Shown: piece after piece, positions 28,351-41,292 of the stretch
How the letters are laid out: each line of letters begins with the position of its first letter
Numbering within the stretch: position 1 is the first letter of the stretch
Assembly (NCBI RefSeq): GCF_036321535.1
Contig: NC_087436.1
Location: 92,506,001 to 92,566,000 of the forward strand
Length of the DNA: 60,000 nt
Source: Camelus dromedarius
Taxonomy: Eukaryota
Direction: 5' to 3'
Notes under the pieces: generated by a model
Database searches by the model: none
Seen by the model: the letters and a program-made list of their open reading frames with translations, nothing else
What the model was told of the DNA's origin: nothing
Translations under genes and position numbers: made by a program

Positions 28351-28829
28351 AGGATTTTATATTCTTCTTTTTATGTAACATAGCAAAATATTCTTGCTGT
28401 GTAGTTAAGAAAAGTCTTCATTAATGCTGGTAGGAAACCTTCCTTCTCTTCCTGCCCATTCTACATCCCTTCTCTCCCCTCTAAAAAAAAATTGTTTCTT
28501 ACAGTTATCATGCTTTCCCTGGATTTACCAAAATATGTCTGTTGATTCAAAAGGGGAATGGGGAAGGTAGTTTGACATACTTAGCTTTTAATGTGTGTCA
28601 GTCAGCTTTTGTAACAGAAAAGACAGTGTACATTGGAAAAGGATGGTTATGGAGTTGCATCAGGCCCCTCCACTCTCTCCCCAGATCACATAAATATCCA
28701 GTTATAACTGCTCCCAGGATTAACTCCCCCACCAAACACAAAAAAAACCAAGCAGCATCTCAGGAGCATAGTCCCAAGGCTCTGATGTTCTTTGACTTTT
28801 AATATTTCTAAACACTAGGTTGTAAGGAC

Positions 28830-29780
28830 TTATTTATTCAACAGTTGTTTATTGAACACCTGCTTGGTGGTTAAGCACTTGGGTTTTGAAATAAATCAAG
28901 AGCTGTTTCTTCTTCTTACAGGGATAATAGTCTGTAACTAGAAAATGGGTAACAGTTAACCACTGAAAGGGAAGCACAGAGTCAAGTCAGCTACCCAAGT
29001 CTAAGGAAGGAGGTGACCTCTGATGTGAACAAGAGTCCCAGAGACAAGCGCCCGAGCACGAGAGGAAGCCTGGGCGCATTCCAGGAGCTAAAGCACATTG
29101 TGTAGCTAGAGATGGGCTGGCTTGAGAGAGGAGATGGGGGAAGCCATCTGAAGTCAGGTAGGAAAGGTCATGAAGTCATATTAAGGATTTCTGTACTCTG
29201 TCCAGAGGGTGTACGTGGTATGAAGCCATTCCAAGGGTTTAATTCAGAAACTGCTCAGATCCGATTTGCACACTGAAGACATCCCTCTGGCCACAGTGTG
29301 GGGACTGGCTGGAAGCAGAGTACAGCTGGAGGCAGCGAGTCCACGCAGGAGGCTACCAGGAGGGCAGGCAGGATGTGGATGGACTGGAATGGTGGCTGCA
29401 GGGCGAGCAGGAAGTAGACAGGTCTGAAGACACTAAAGCGCAACAGAACCTGGTGATGTGTGGGGTGTGGTATAAAGAAATCGTTCAAGGACAGAGCCCA
29501 GCTTTCTGTCTCAGATGGTGGCGATGAAGCCAACTCCCTGAAGAGCCTGCAAAAAGGAGGAGCAGGTCTGGGAGGAAGACAGTGTGTGTTCGGTTGGGGA
29601 TGTATTCAGTTTGAAGTGCCTGTGTGACATTCAGGTTCAGAGCTGGACAGTCTGTGTTTGAAACACAGGCAAGATATCTAAGCCACAGTGGAGACTATGA
29701 CTGGTCCCCACGTAGGTAACAGAGACCACCAACCCTCCCAGGGAGTGTGTCCATGTGACGACGGGAGGTCCCTGAGAGAG
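28830..29780 (-). mobile_element. L2 fragment
   Basis: tttattcaacagttgtttattgaacacctgc... and ggaggagcaggtctgggagg...tttgaagtgcctgtgtgacatt. Confidence 0.6.
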
Positions 29781-32700
29781 TGCCGGGTATCCCACCTTCC
29801 CCATTACTCAGGACTCTTCCAGACAATCAGCTTCCTAATAATTACATTCTGTGAACAGCATCTTTAATAGCTTAGATAATATTCTCACATAGACCTACAT
29901 TTACTTAGGCAGTCACATCGTTTTTTCCTGTTAGTTTTCACCAGTGTCTTACTATTTTAATAAAACCACAATGCATATTTGCATTCCCCAAAATTAGTTC
30001 CATGGGATGTTAGTAAGCAGTATATGGGACGAAGTGTACCATGGTCGATAAATACATTTTGGAAACCTTGGTTTACAAAACTGTTCAGTAGGCTTCTCTA
30101 TTGTGATGTCTCAGAGCCTTAATATGCTTCTCCGCCCTGACTCTCCAGGAGGGAGGAGGCTTCTGTGGTTGGTTTATACCGTTACTAAGTCTTGGGCCGT
30201 GACTCACTTTTGGGGGAGAGTGCTTTCAGGACTAGTGACCACAGAAGAGTTTCATGAGGTACTAACCTATGTGCAAAAGCTGTACAAGATTTCAACAGAG
30301 TTCTGGAAAGTGAATGGTTACATTAATGGGAATGAGTATTTGCGTTCCTGATGCACATGTCAATTACCTTTCCCAAAGGCGAGGACGTTTCTGATGGGAC
30401 TTGGAAATTACTCCACACAGCTGTTTTGCCATACCTTTGTCCCCTCTGAAGTGTGATCATGAGTTATTTAAATCTGATGTATTTTGGTAATGTTTCTGTG
30501 ACCACAGAGAGGCTCAACACCCTTCCGTGTCACTGACTGCTTGCTGCTGCTTTTGTGAATTTCCTTCTCAGGTCATTTGCCTATCTACTGAGACCCCAGC
30601 TATTCTTAGGAAAATAAGTGGTCTAGTTTTATAATCAGATATTAACTCAGAATTTCATATACTTCTGGCAGCTGTCTTCCCAGGTTCTTAGTTATCATTT
30701 CCTTTTTGGTTACGTTCTTCTTGAACATGTGGAACGTCTACATTTTCATGAATCAGTTCTTCAAAGCGTTTCTTTTTATATGTTTTTCACTGTTTTTAAG
30801 CTTAGAAAATTCTTATGTAAAATTTTATCGAGACACTTAATAATCACTGCTTACTTTTTTGTTGTTATTAACATTAACTCTTAACCCCTCTTGTATTTGT
30901 ACTAATTTATCTTGCTGCCCCCACCCCCAGGAAAAAAAATTGAAGTTTTATAGCAGTGTTTTCTGAATGATTTTCCTTATTTCCAAGTTAATATATTGTG
31001 CCCCTACAGGCCTTAATAATTTTTATGAAAAAAAAAATCATTTATCTCCATTCCCTAAATTAGCAAACTGAGGCGAATGGCAATTTATGAGTGTGCAGTT
31101 ACTTGTTCAGTTTCAGTCCTGAGACGAGCATATACTGTGATGTTAATGTGATGAAAACCATGACATTTATAAACTGACACTTAATCTGATGTTGTGATAA
31201 AAATCTCCTTTCTTGAAACTCTTGGGAGAGATCACTAAAAAGAACATAAGACGACAGTGTTTGAGGGAATGTGAAAATTAAAATGGGGAGGGGACCGCTT
31301 GTATAATAATCAGTGTTAGTAATAAAAGCAGCCACTTTATAAACGTTGTTGGTTTAATTCTTACAATCCACTTTACAGCTGAGGAAGCTAGACTCCCAGG
31401 TTACTTTCCCCAGCTCTCAGAGCTGGGAAGGGCAGAGCCCGGCCTGCTTGCAGGGCTGTTTATCACCACCCTGCCCCAGGTGGGGTCTGCGGATATAGTT
31501 TTAGGACTCCCAGGGGGGCCTTCTTATTTAGACAGCGTCTGTGCTTTAGTGAAGAATCAGCATCCTTGTGCCCCGCTCCGACATTTATGGGGTAAAAAGA
31601 GGGGCAGACTTAAGAAGTGCGTGGCTGAAGATTTGTAGGCAGGTAGCACATCGAAATTCTCTCCTCCAACACCAACCTGGGGGAGCCTGCAGGTGAAGAA
31701 GTAAGTGTTCCTCTCTAGATGGGGACGTCCGTACCACAGGGTCACCTCACTGTGAATCAGAAGGTCAGCCCTCTTATCGGGTCAGGCCCCTGGGCTTGGC
31801 TGACTGCACAGGAGCTGGGATTTTCTCAACCGTTCTCTCTCTGCAAGTTCACTGGGAAATTTCAGAACAGTTCTTCCCTCCAGCGCCACAGCTGGCGCTT
31901 TCCGGCAGCAGTGGTTCACGTTGGAAGTCCGCGTGGCCCGATGCTGAGGCAGCATCGCTCTGCAGACAAGCAGCTGTTTGTTCCAGCAGGGCCTGGGTCC
32001 TTCAGTGTACCGTTTTGCAGCTCCCAGGGCTGAGCCTTTCTCAGGTCCCCTGGGAGCCACTTTTGTGGCAGATTCCATTCGGTTTCACAGGGCCTTGAGG
32101 AGGGGCGGTGAGGCCGCTTGGCAGGGCCCCCCAATCTCCCACGTTAGGGGCGACTTGCAAACTGCTCTCGGAGGGAGCCCGAGCCCAGCCCAGCACAGGC
32201 TGCTCCCGTTACCCCATTGTCTGCGGGGTCGGGCGTCTGTTCCCAGCTGACCTGCCTGTGAGGGGAGAGATGTGAAAAGTTAGAGACAAAAATGGTCTCT
32301 ACAGAGAGCGGGGGAGGCTTTCTTGTACAGAAAGGAAGGAAATACCTCTGTGGGATTTTTATTCCCCCCAAACCCCCATCCAAAAAATACAAAGAGACTC
32401 TCTGTCTTTAATGCGAATGTCAGCTTTAAATCTTTTAGGTTTGGATTAACTCTGCAAAAGGAAAAAAAAAATCTGACAGGCTTTCAGATATGACGCAGAA
32501 AAACTTCTTTCCCCTCAATTCATGGTGTTCATTTGCAAAGCCAAAGGCTGGGGGACTGAATAGTGGGCGCCAGTGTCGCCGTCATTGTTAACATCACAAT
32601 GGTCAGAATTAGCGGCCCCAGCCTCCCCTCTGCTGCCCCAGCGGAAACTTAATACAAGGTGGCAAAGGCAAGAAGAAATCTTTCTTCTCTTGCCCACCTC

Positions 32701-33414
32701 CCCAAATTAAAAAAGATTAAAATTAAGTCACGTAAACGGGGTACTTTCAGTTACATGACTTAGAATCTTATCTTACCTTTTTCCCGCAGCAGGAGAAGGA
32801 AATGTGGCATTTTGCAGTCATTACCTTACTCCGAAGCTTCCTCCCGACTAAACAAAACCCACCGACTTGATGGACACTTCCTATTACACAGTTCTTGTTG
32901 GTTTTCACTATTGAAGATGTCAGCAAACATGTCGAAGATCATGTTTTGCTTATAAAATAAAGTGACTTTTATGGACTATTTTTCATCTTGGTGGTGTCTA
33001 GACTGGGTGCTGTGCCATTGAACCCACGTGGCAACATTTATTTTCTGAAATTTGAGGGAAAAGAGTGTTTTTATTTTAAACGTGTTCAGAGCTGTTCATC
33101 CTAGGTAGGGGAAAACCTGAGTATCCTTGTACCGAAAATTGTGTCAGTAAGCTTGTGTTAACGTAGGAAAAAAAAAATTAAACAGCACTTTCTGGTCTTC
33201 AGTTGAGAGTCAAAGTGAATAGGTAATCTGAAACATAACTTAAAATTAGTCGTCTTTATATTTGATAAGGATTGATTGCTTAGGACTATTTATGTGTCAT
33301 TGTGAAACTGCCTATACGAATTAAACTCTGAATCATTTTTAATTCCTGACCCCATGCCTGGTTAAAAAACATTTCTTGTGTGATTTTTAGTAGGATGTAA
33401 ATGTGCATGCGTTA

Positions 33415-33464
33415 GCTACAGATTTAAAGAGATGCTACAGATTTAAATAGATACTGCAGATTTA
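33415..33464. repeat. 19-bp tandem repeat x2.6 (gctacagatttaaaKagat)
   Basis: Direct reading. Confidence 0.85.
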
Positions 33465-34366
33465 TTCTTGATAAACAAATAGACTCAAAGTGAAACAAAA
33501 TAATCCTTTTGGTTTTATTATGTGATACTATTCCTCTAAGCTTGAAGTAACCTAATTACATTATAAAGTATTTTTTATTATAATTGCACATAACTAATAC
33601 AATTTATTAATTTTTTAAATTATAGAATCATTTTCTTTGCAACCCAAAAGGCTCTGATATTTTATAGTAATTTGGGATTTAATACAAAAAATGCTTAAAG
33701 TCATTTGAATACACTTTGGTTTAGGTTTTACATACTAGGTATTTGGTTTGAGTTTGCCAGTAACAGGATGCACCAAAACAAATTATGTAAATCTTTGAAC
33801 AAAAAGCAATAACATCAAATTGTTATTTTTTCATAGATACCTTAATTTGTTTATACTGTATTCATGATTTATCCAGATGATCTTTTAATGTCATGTAATA
33901 TTTCAGAAAAGTAAATTTTTATTTGCCAGAAATAGTAAATTTAGTTTCTAATTGGGATTGATTTTACATATTGTATTATAGGGGAACTTAATCCAGAGTA
34001 TGTTTGAAGTTTGCTCAAACAGATTGATTTTTATATTCTAAGTTATAAAAGTAGATTAAAGTTTATTACTCCATCCATGTATTGTCACAATAATAAAAAT
34101 TTCACAGAAAAATATGAAAAGATTTGGCACATGGTAAAACTTTGCTATATTAACTACTTGAGGGAAAAAAGAGATACAGTAAATGCATGTTTTAATAAAT
34201 TTGGCTTTTAATTCCAAATACTTCTCAAGCTTGAATTCAAAGTTATTGTATACCCTCTTGCAGAATGAGATTCTTAAAATTATTCTACTTGAAATCATAT
34301 GAAAACTAAACGTGCATGCTGTATTTCTTGGTTTTAAAGTAATGCTGTTTCTGACGGTTTACGCAG

Positions 34367-34455
34367 GCAGCCATGTTGTTTAGTTCCGGAGTCTTTTGGA
34401 CCGGCCTCTTATTTATCCCTGTGGCATCTTTGCTTCTTGATGTGGTGTACAAAGT
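34367..34455 (+). CDS. ATP8A1: ATP8A1 coding exon (AAMLFSSGVFWTGLLFIPVASLLLDVVYK-V), TM10
   Basis: gtttacgcag| acceptor, GT|gtaagt donor; 89 nt, phase 0-2; follows a ~20.3 kb intron; missed by the ORF track. Confidence 0.94.
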
Positions 34456-35152
34456 GTAAGTATAATACTCAGTCACATACACAGAAGCATAGGTGCTTAT
34501 TAACCCTCAGATTTCTCTAGTTGTAACTTCAACTCGAGTTTAGAGCTTGCACAATAGGAATTAGTAATATTAATGAATTCTATATAAATAAAGAAGAAAG
34601 AAATGATTAAAGAACTAAAAAAATAAATTAGCGTAAAAGATGGAACAGATGAAGAACAGGTAGCTTCAATTTAACATTTTTATTAATCAGCCTGAAAAAC
34701 CCATTCAGGGTGGAAGAAAAAATTCTATTATCTCCAAACACATAGATTTAAAGTTTTAGTAAACAAGAATTGTGAAAGGAAATTTTTTGCTTGCTTGATT
34801 CTTAACATATGTAAAGTATAGAATGAAAGAAATTACAACTTTGCTAATCTTTCTCAAGAATTGTAAGTTTTAAAATGTTATCTCTTCCCACAAAAAAAGA
34901 TATTATTAAAGTTAGTCGTATGATGCTTATTTAATAGGAATAAGGGTTTTCATATTATAAACCTAAACCATTTATTTAATGACTATTGTTGCTATAATTA
35001 TATTAATGCCCAAAATTACTGTAATTTTTTAGATTCTGTGGAAAAGCTGCTGTTTGTAATCTGGTTACTCTTGTATTTATCAGCAGCATGATAAAAGCCA
35101 ATTTCATAGAGTCTTAAATCTTCATGCTAATACTTGCATCCTGTTTCTGCAG

Positions 35153-35245
35153 TATCAAAAGGACTGCTTTTAAAACATTAGTAGATGAAGTTCAGGAGCT
35201 GGAGGCAAAATCTCAAGACCCAGGAGCAGTTGTGCTTGGAAAAAG
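35153..35245 (+). CDS. ATP8A1: ATP8A1 coding exon (V-IKRTAFKTLVDEVQELEAKSQDPGAVVLGK-S)
   Basis: ctgtttctgcag| acceptor, AG|gtaaac donor; 93 nt, phase 2-2. Confidence 0.95.
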
Positions 35246-35379
35246 GTAAACTACACACTATATATGTTCTTTTCCAAATGAACTTTTAATTTTTCTTTTG
35301 CCAATGATTGGAAATACGTGATTAAACCTGTGTTTATCGGTTAACGTGGAGCTAACTAACGTGGATCAAAGTGTCACTG

Positions 35380-35610
35380 ACAGCTTTTGGAATCAGAGAG
35401 ATGTGGATTCAAATCAGATCTTTCAGTCACTAAGCTGTATGTGGCTTTAGCCACGTGGCTTCGTGCTACTGAGCCTCAGTTTCCTCACGTACAAACTGGG
35501 GGTGATAATACCTACCTCGTGGCTAGTTGTGAGGATTGATTAAAATACTGTCCATAAAACAGGTAGCTTGCTGTCTGGTGCTCAATGAGCACTAAATAAA
35601 TGGTAGTTAC
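35380..35610 (+). mobile_element. MIR SINE
   Basis: ggattcaaatc...tgagcctcagtttcctcacgtacaaactgggggtgataataacctacctc...gtgaggatt. Confidence 0.8.
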
Positions 35611-36459
35611 AAATTGTGTTGTATAATTAAACTGAAAAAGGGGGGAAAAGACTTTTAGCTTGAAACAGCATCCCTAACACAGAAGAATGTAACCAAAATC
35701 GGAGCTTGACATAAAACTCTCCTACAGTTGCATTCATGGTTCAGTGCATTGTTCAGAACTGAGCTGGGCATGTGTCTTACACGAAGTGAGTTATGTCTTC
35801 CAAGTCCTCTTCCTCACGACCAGCCCTCTCCCCTCTCCCCCTCAGAAAAGAAGATTAGGAAACTAATCGAATTTACTAAATTTCACAAAAGCATTATAAA
35901 AAGGAAATTAAAGTTTTTGAAAGCACACCACAATAAAACACAATTTTGAAGAAAATACCAGGAATTTATTCTTTCTCCCTTTCATCACACTAAAATGAGC
36001 TTAAGTTTTGTCTCAACCACAGGAAACATTTTGCCCTGGTCTGTGTCACCTTCATTGTGTGTCACTGTTGTTATTCAGCTGGACACAATGGAGTAAGTGT
36101 CGGACTGGGAAGTGGAGCTGAGACCTTGGCTTCCGGCCCTCTCTCTGGCTCTCGCTAGGACAGAGGGACACGCCACACACCAGACTGTGACTCTATTTAA
36201 AATGACAGCACTGGCCTCTGGGGGGCACTCACCACGCGCTAGCCCTGCGCTTACCACTTCATAGGTGCTCTCGCATTGGGTCCCTGTAACAACCTATACG
36301 AGTCCATCATCCCTATCTTTTCCAGATGAGGAAACTGGGGCTTAGAGAGGTTCTCAAGGTCAGACGTGACCACCGTGAGCCCACATCAATTGATTCTAGA
36401 GCCCCCGCTGCTAACCACACACTAGTCCGCCTCCTTTTGCTGCTTCTTAAGAACATGGA

Positions 36460-36588
36460 GGCGGAAGGGCATAGTTCAGTGGTAGAGCGCATGCTTAACA
36501 TACACAACATCCTGGGCTCAATTCCCCAGTACCTACCTTTAAAAAAAAAAATTGTTTTTAAATTTAAAAATTAACTGAAAAAAAAAGG
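36460..36588 (+). mobile_element. tRNA-derived SINE, camelid Vic-1-like
   Basis: gggcatagttcagtggtagagcgcatgcttaacatacacaacatcctgggctcaattccccagtacc plus poly-A. Confidence 0.82.
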
Positions 36589-37649
36589 AGTGTGGGATAG
36601 CAACAAAAATGGCCTGCCGCTAACTTGACAGTTCTTAGCTTCTCCAAGTCGGTGTCTCTGTGTGCGTGATGGGTGGATACACCTGCCTTCAGAGTTACAG
36701 GTATAGTGCCTCCCTCCACCTTCCCCTGCATCTCTTCCCTTCATCTCCACATCTACATTGATGCCATGGCCGTTCATAAATATTACCTCAGTAAATGTTT
36801 TTTCTCTCTTCCACTCTAGCTATAAAAAAAACATGGTTAGAGTTCTAGCTCACAGAATTGTGAATAAAACCATTTATTCACAATTATTAGGGAAAAGCCA
36901 CTGATAATACTTAATACTGTTACTACTTTTAGTAAATTTCTCCTGTTTGTATATTAATAAAACTTACATTGAGCCCCTCCACATGATACTTCGTTTTCAT
37001 CATTTATAGTATACTGGTGACTTCAACAATTCAGAAATCAGGCTGAGGGTTTGCTGTGATGACCTCTGACTTCGAGATCCTAAAGATTCAGTGAGTCTGT
37101 GCTGTGTGTAACCCCTTCCAGTAAATAAGTCAGAGAGCCTAAAAGGGAAGAAGTGAATTCTACCATAAATGACCATCAACCTCGCCACAGAAAGTGCATC
37201 AGATAAATTTCCTGCCACTCAGCTCATTTGCCTAAAATAGCTGTTCAGCTTTTCTTAAGAACTCAGGACTAAGTTAGCTGTTTGCTGAGTACCAGACAAA
37301 AACCCGTGGTCCAGCACATGCCCCACATTGCCACTGCTGCCCATCAGTGATCAGAAGGGTGGTTATTGGGAGCGAGACCATGGGTCTCCCTGCTAAATGA
37401 TGGCTAGCAAGGAGGGGAAGGAAAAGATGTGTGAAAGAGGCAACGTGGGAACTGGTTAGAACAGTCTTCACACAAAACTAATTACATTCTAAGGCAATTT
37501 AGAAATTGCCAGGTTGATTTTACTGTCAGAATTAAGTCAGAAATCTTGGAGAATGAGATTAATGTCAAATTTCAAACAATTAGCTAATTTTATCTGCAAA
37601 GAGGGAGAAATTGTGATTTCTGTGTATTCTAGTGATACCAGACTTCCTT

Positions 37650-38060
37650 TAGCTCCAGTGCCTCCCAGTCTTTGCACGTGCTGTTCCCTTGCTTAGGAGC
37701 CGATACCCTCTGACAGACTGGGTAATCCAATTCCCAGCTTTCAAAACCCAGTTCAAATCTAATTTCCTCAACTTTTAAGAGAGAAAATCAATTCCTACTC
37801 TGCTGTCTCTGTATTTTATTTTTCTGTTTTTACATTTATTGCTTTATAGTGTATTTGTTCGTCCTGTATTTGTTTGTTTCCCCTACTAGATTGAGCTCCT
37901 TGGAGGAGAGGCCTCTGTCTTAGTCTTAACTGCAACCCAGCACCAACCACAGAGCCAGGAACATAGTAGCACTCAATAAACATTTTTTGAATGGATGAAC
38001 GAGTTGTCAAGAGAATGAACCAAGGCATGAATGAATGAATGAAAGCATGGATGGAAGGGA
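37650..38060 (+). mobile_element. L2 3' end
   Basis: ctagattgagctccttggagg...acatagtagcactcaataaacattttttgaatggatgaa, (atga)n tail. Confidence 0.75.
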
Positions 38061-38689
38061 TAAGGATAGTTGAGTGGTGGGTTGACCTGTGGGTGGTTAA
38101 ATTAAAATGTGATAGAGAAGAACACAGAATTATATAGGTCACATTTCCCAAACTAGTGCCGTCCAAAGTGATGCGTGTTTACTTTTTTGTCATAGAATGA
38201 TGCAGTTCTTAAGAAAGCTCTTGAGTTGATCATCCTCAATTTTTTTTAAATCATCACTAAGCACTACTATGAAGTCAAGCTAGATGTAAAATGAAACTGT
38301 GTCAGAGAAACTGTATCTCATAAGCACTGTATCCAGATTAGTATTTATAATAATTTATCTCTCATCTCTACTCATTTTCAAAAATCAAAACATCTTAGTT
38401 AAAATAATTAGTCTTTTTTATAGAAATAGTATACTACATCATATTATCCAGCAAATTAGGTACGTTGTAATTTTACACTGAAATTTTGAGGGAAAAGATA
38501 TGTTTCATCATCTCAGTATATTGACTTTGAGCCATGGGTTATGACAGAAATCAAATTTAAGTCTAAAATGTTGGGAGAATACAGCCAAACGTTATTCCTA
38601 ATCACTGTGTAGCCACGGCTTACTATTTTGGGTTAAGAAGATGACTTATCAGCCGTGAAACCCTGGTTTTTGCTATTACTTTTATGTGA

Positions 38690-39035
38690 ACATACATCCT
38701 CCAACACTAGAGAGAAGCATCTTCATTTCCAAAATCCAAAAAGCTTTGAAATTCCTTAGTTTTTTTCCTTAGTTTTAGAGCCAAATTTGCTGGAGAAACC
38801 TAAACCAGTTGTTCTATAAATATAAGGACATTGATAGTGTTTATCTTTTCTACAATGTAAAAATTTCTATATTATATAGCAGAAATATTCATTTTTGGAA
38901 TATGGGCCTCGCAGATCCCACATGGGAGTATTACGTCTATAAGTCGTGTGTTACATATTACTTTTTCCAAAACACAACAAAACAAAATGTGAATTCAGAA
39001 ACCCAAAGGTTTAAAACAAAGACTTGTGGACACTG
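38690..39035. mobile_element. Probable Tigger/MER-type DNA transposon relic
   Basis: ...gtgaattcagaaacccaaaggtt...gacttgtggacactg resembles recalled TcMar-Tigger termini; family uncertain. Confidence 0.4.
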
Positions 39036-41245
39036 GGCTCATTGGAGACAAGGCAGTGATTACTGGGTATCTTTCATGTGCGTGTGAAGCAATACATCTT
39101 ACGACAGGCAATATGAGTAATGAGACTCCTAACTTCTTATATCTAACTGTAGACATTAGCCAGCATATCATCATCGGCCTTTACTAAGTAGAATTTTAGC
39201 CCAGGATCTTCAGGTCAGTCCTCATTAATTTCCATCACCACTGTTTGGCTCACAGCCTTAACTTCAAAGAAGAGAGTAGGGAAGTATGGATGTCGGATAA
39301 TTTGGTCTTGTGGACAGTGATGGTGGTCTCCCCAGCCTGTGTCTGTATTATTTGTCTTAATGAAAAGCAATTTCAGCCTTACCCCAGAACTAATAGAAAA
39401 GAAACTGTATTTCTCAGTGTTCGCACTGGACTTTATGACATAAATTTCTTGGTGAGGGTTTAGGATAGGAGGACATATCAGATGTTTTCCCCCAGCCTGC
39501 TCTTGTATATTGATCTCCCTACCGAGTACAGGGACAGCTGTCATATGCTGTCACTAAAACATTCCGTGAATGAATGGTTGTACTTTCTGGAGATCCATTT
39601 TAATGAGTCAGCCAAAATAGCTTAGCAACCCAATACAGAAACAAATACAAGTTTACCACTCTTCAAAGATAACTGAAAAATACCTTCAAATAACGTGTTC
39701 CAGGATAGTAAGTGGGTTTTTACCTATACTTTTTTTAATGTTTCTAAATGAACTGTTCTTTTAAAACATGGTATATTTCCACCTCACCTCCACCAGATAC
39801 TAACGTTGCAAGCGTTTAGTGGGCTTGGAAATGACCTAACAATACTTAAGTGGTAGTTGGGTGATTGCACTAAATAAATCCAAAATTTGCAGAGGTTTGT
39901 ATGTAAATGAAAGACCCTACAAATTGAGTCAAACTACTGACCAAGAGTTGTGAATAAGATGTGGTTTTAGTTAGAAGGGATCCTGGAGTCTTTTTTTTTT
40001 TCTTCTTCTTCTTCTCACACTGTGTTAAGCTGTTCAACAAAAACTGCACTTTTAACATATCCATTAATGTTAACATGTTACCAGTATATTTTATAATGTG
40101 ACTTGACAGTAATATCAGTACCCATAAACCTTGATAGCAGAGAACATTTTGAAATGATGATTTGTTCCCTAAAGGCAGGATAAGACTAGAGAAATACGGA
40201 TCATCAACACGTAGGATTTATTAAGCACCCTCCCGTGAACAGCATCCGTGTTATGTAGGAGGGATTCTCTGCTCTGTAAGAGGGTCGATATAGCTAAGAC
40301 AAAAAACAGAACAAAAACCCAGTAGTTTTCCTACTAAGGAAGTGGAGTTGGGGGCATTATAAATTAAAACTCATGTTCAGCCATAGACATGTCTCGTCAA
40401 GATAATGTTGAATATAAACCAAGACATCAGAAATGATTCTCACAAATTATCTTTAGTGCCGACCTCTGTTGTAGCTGATTTTTTAATCATAAATTCCTTG
40501 GGATCTGGGGGCTGGGAAAGGTGGGAAGAACTAGCACTTGTTCAGTGCTTCCGAAGTGCCAGGAACTGTGCTGGAAGCGGTACACCTCCCGGACTCCTCA
40601 GTCAGCCAGAGGGGTGGGAATGGTCCTCCTGGTCTACGTGAGGTGTCCGAGAAAGGTTGCCGGAGGTGGCGGACTCAGAGTCCAGGCTCCTTCTGCAGTG
40701 GTGTGCTTCCTTCCCAAGAAAGACACTTTCTTTTTCTTTTCTTTTTTCCAAACACTAGACATTAATTGGATGTAATAGCTGAGTGAAAGTACAGCCTTAT
40801 ATGAACCATTACAAAACAGAACTCCATTATCTTATATATTTAAGTAGCCATGATGTGAAAGACGCAGTTCTCACATCTGCCTTCCTAACACATCCGTGTT
40901 ATAACATTAAAGGATCACGCATCTAGGAGGGCCTGCCTGAAACCTGGAAAACGTATTTTGGGAAAAAGAAGTTCCATAATGATACACTGTCGTCCTGCAG
41001 TCTTCTGTAGTCATTTCCACTTCGAACACCAGAGACTCCCCAGCACCCCATCCACAGCGCTCTGCTAACAAAATCAGACCACCTGCTGCTAAAGCTGCCG
41101 ACTCACTCAAAGCAGCTACATATTTTAGTGTCCCTCAGAGTCCCGTGGTCGGTCATGTTAGATCATTTTAAGAGTAGAGTAAGAAAAGTGACTATAAAAA
41201 TGGCCCTCTCTCAGTCCCCCATCTGCTTATTTCACTGGCAAAAAC

Positions 41246-41292
41246 CAGTTTTACAAATATTTGCAAATACAGTTTTACAAATATTTGCAAAA
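41246..41292. repeat. 24-bp tandem duplication of a near-palindrome (cagttttacaaatatttgcaaa)
   Basis: Two copies starting at 41246 and 41270. Confidence 0.88.

Noticed and set aside
36460..36535. tRNA-like sequences here and at 21520-21604 and 58790-58865
   Set aside because: SINE heads with A-rich tails and, in one case, a TSD; cloverleaf degenerate; not tRNA genes
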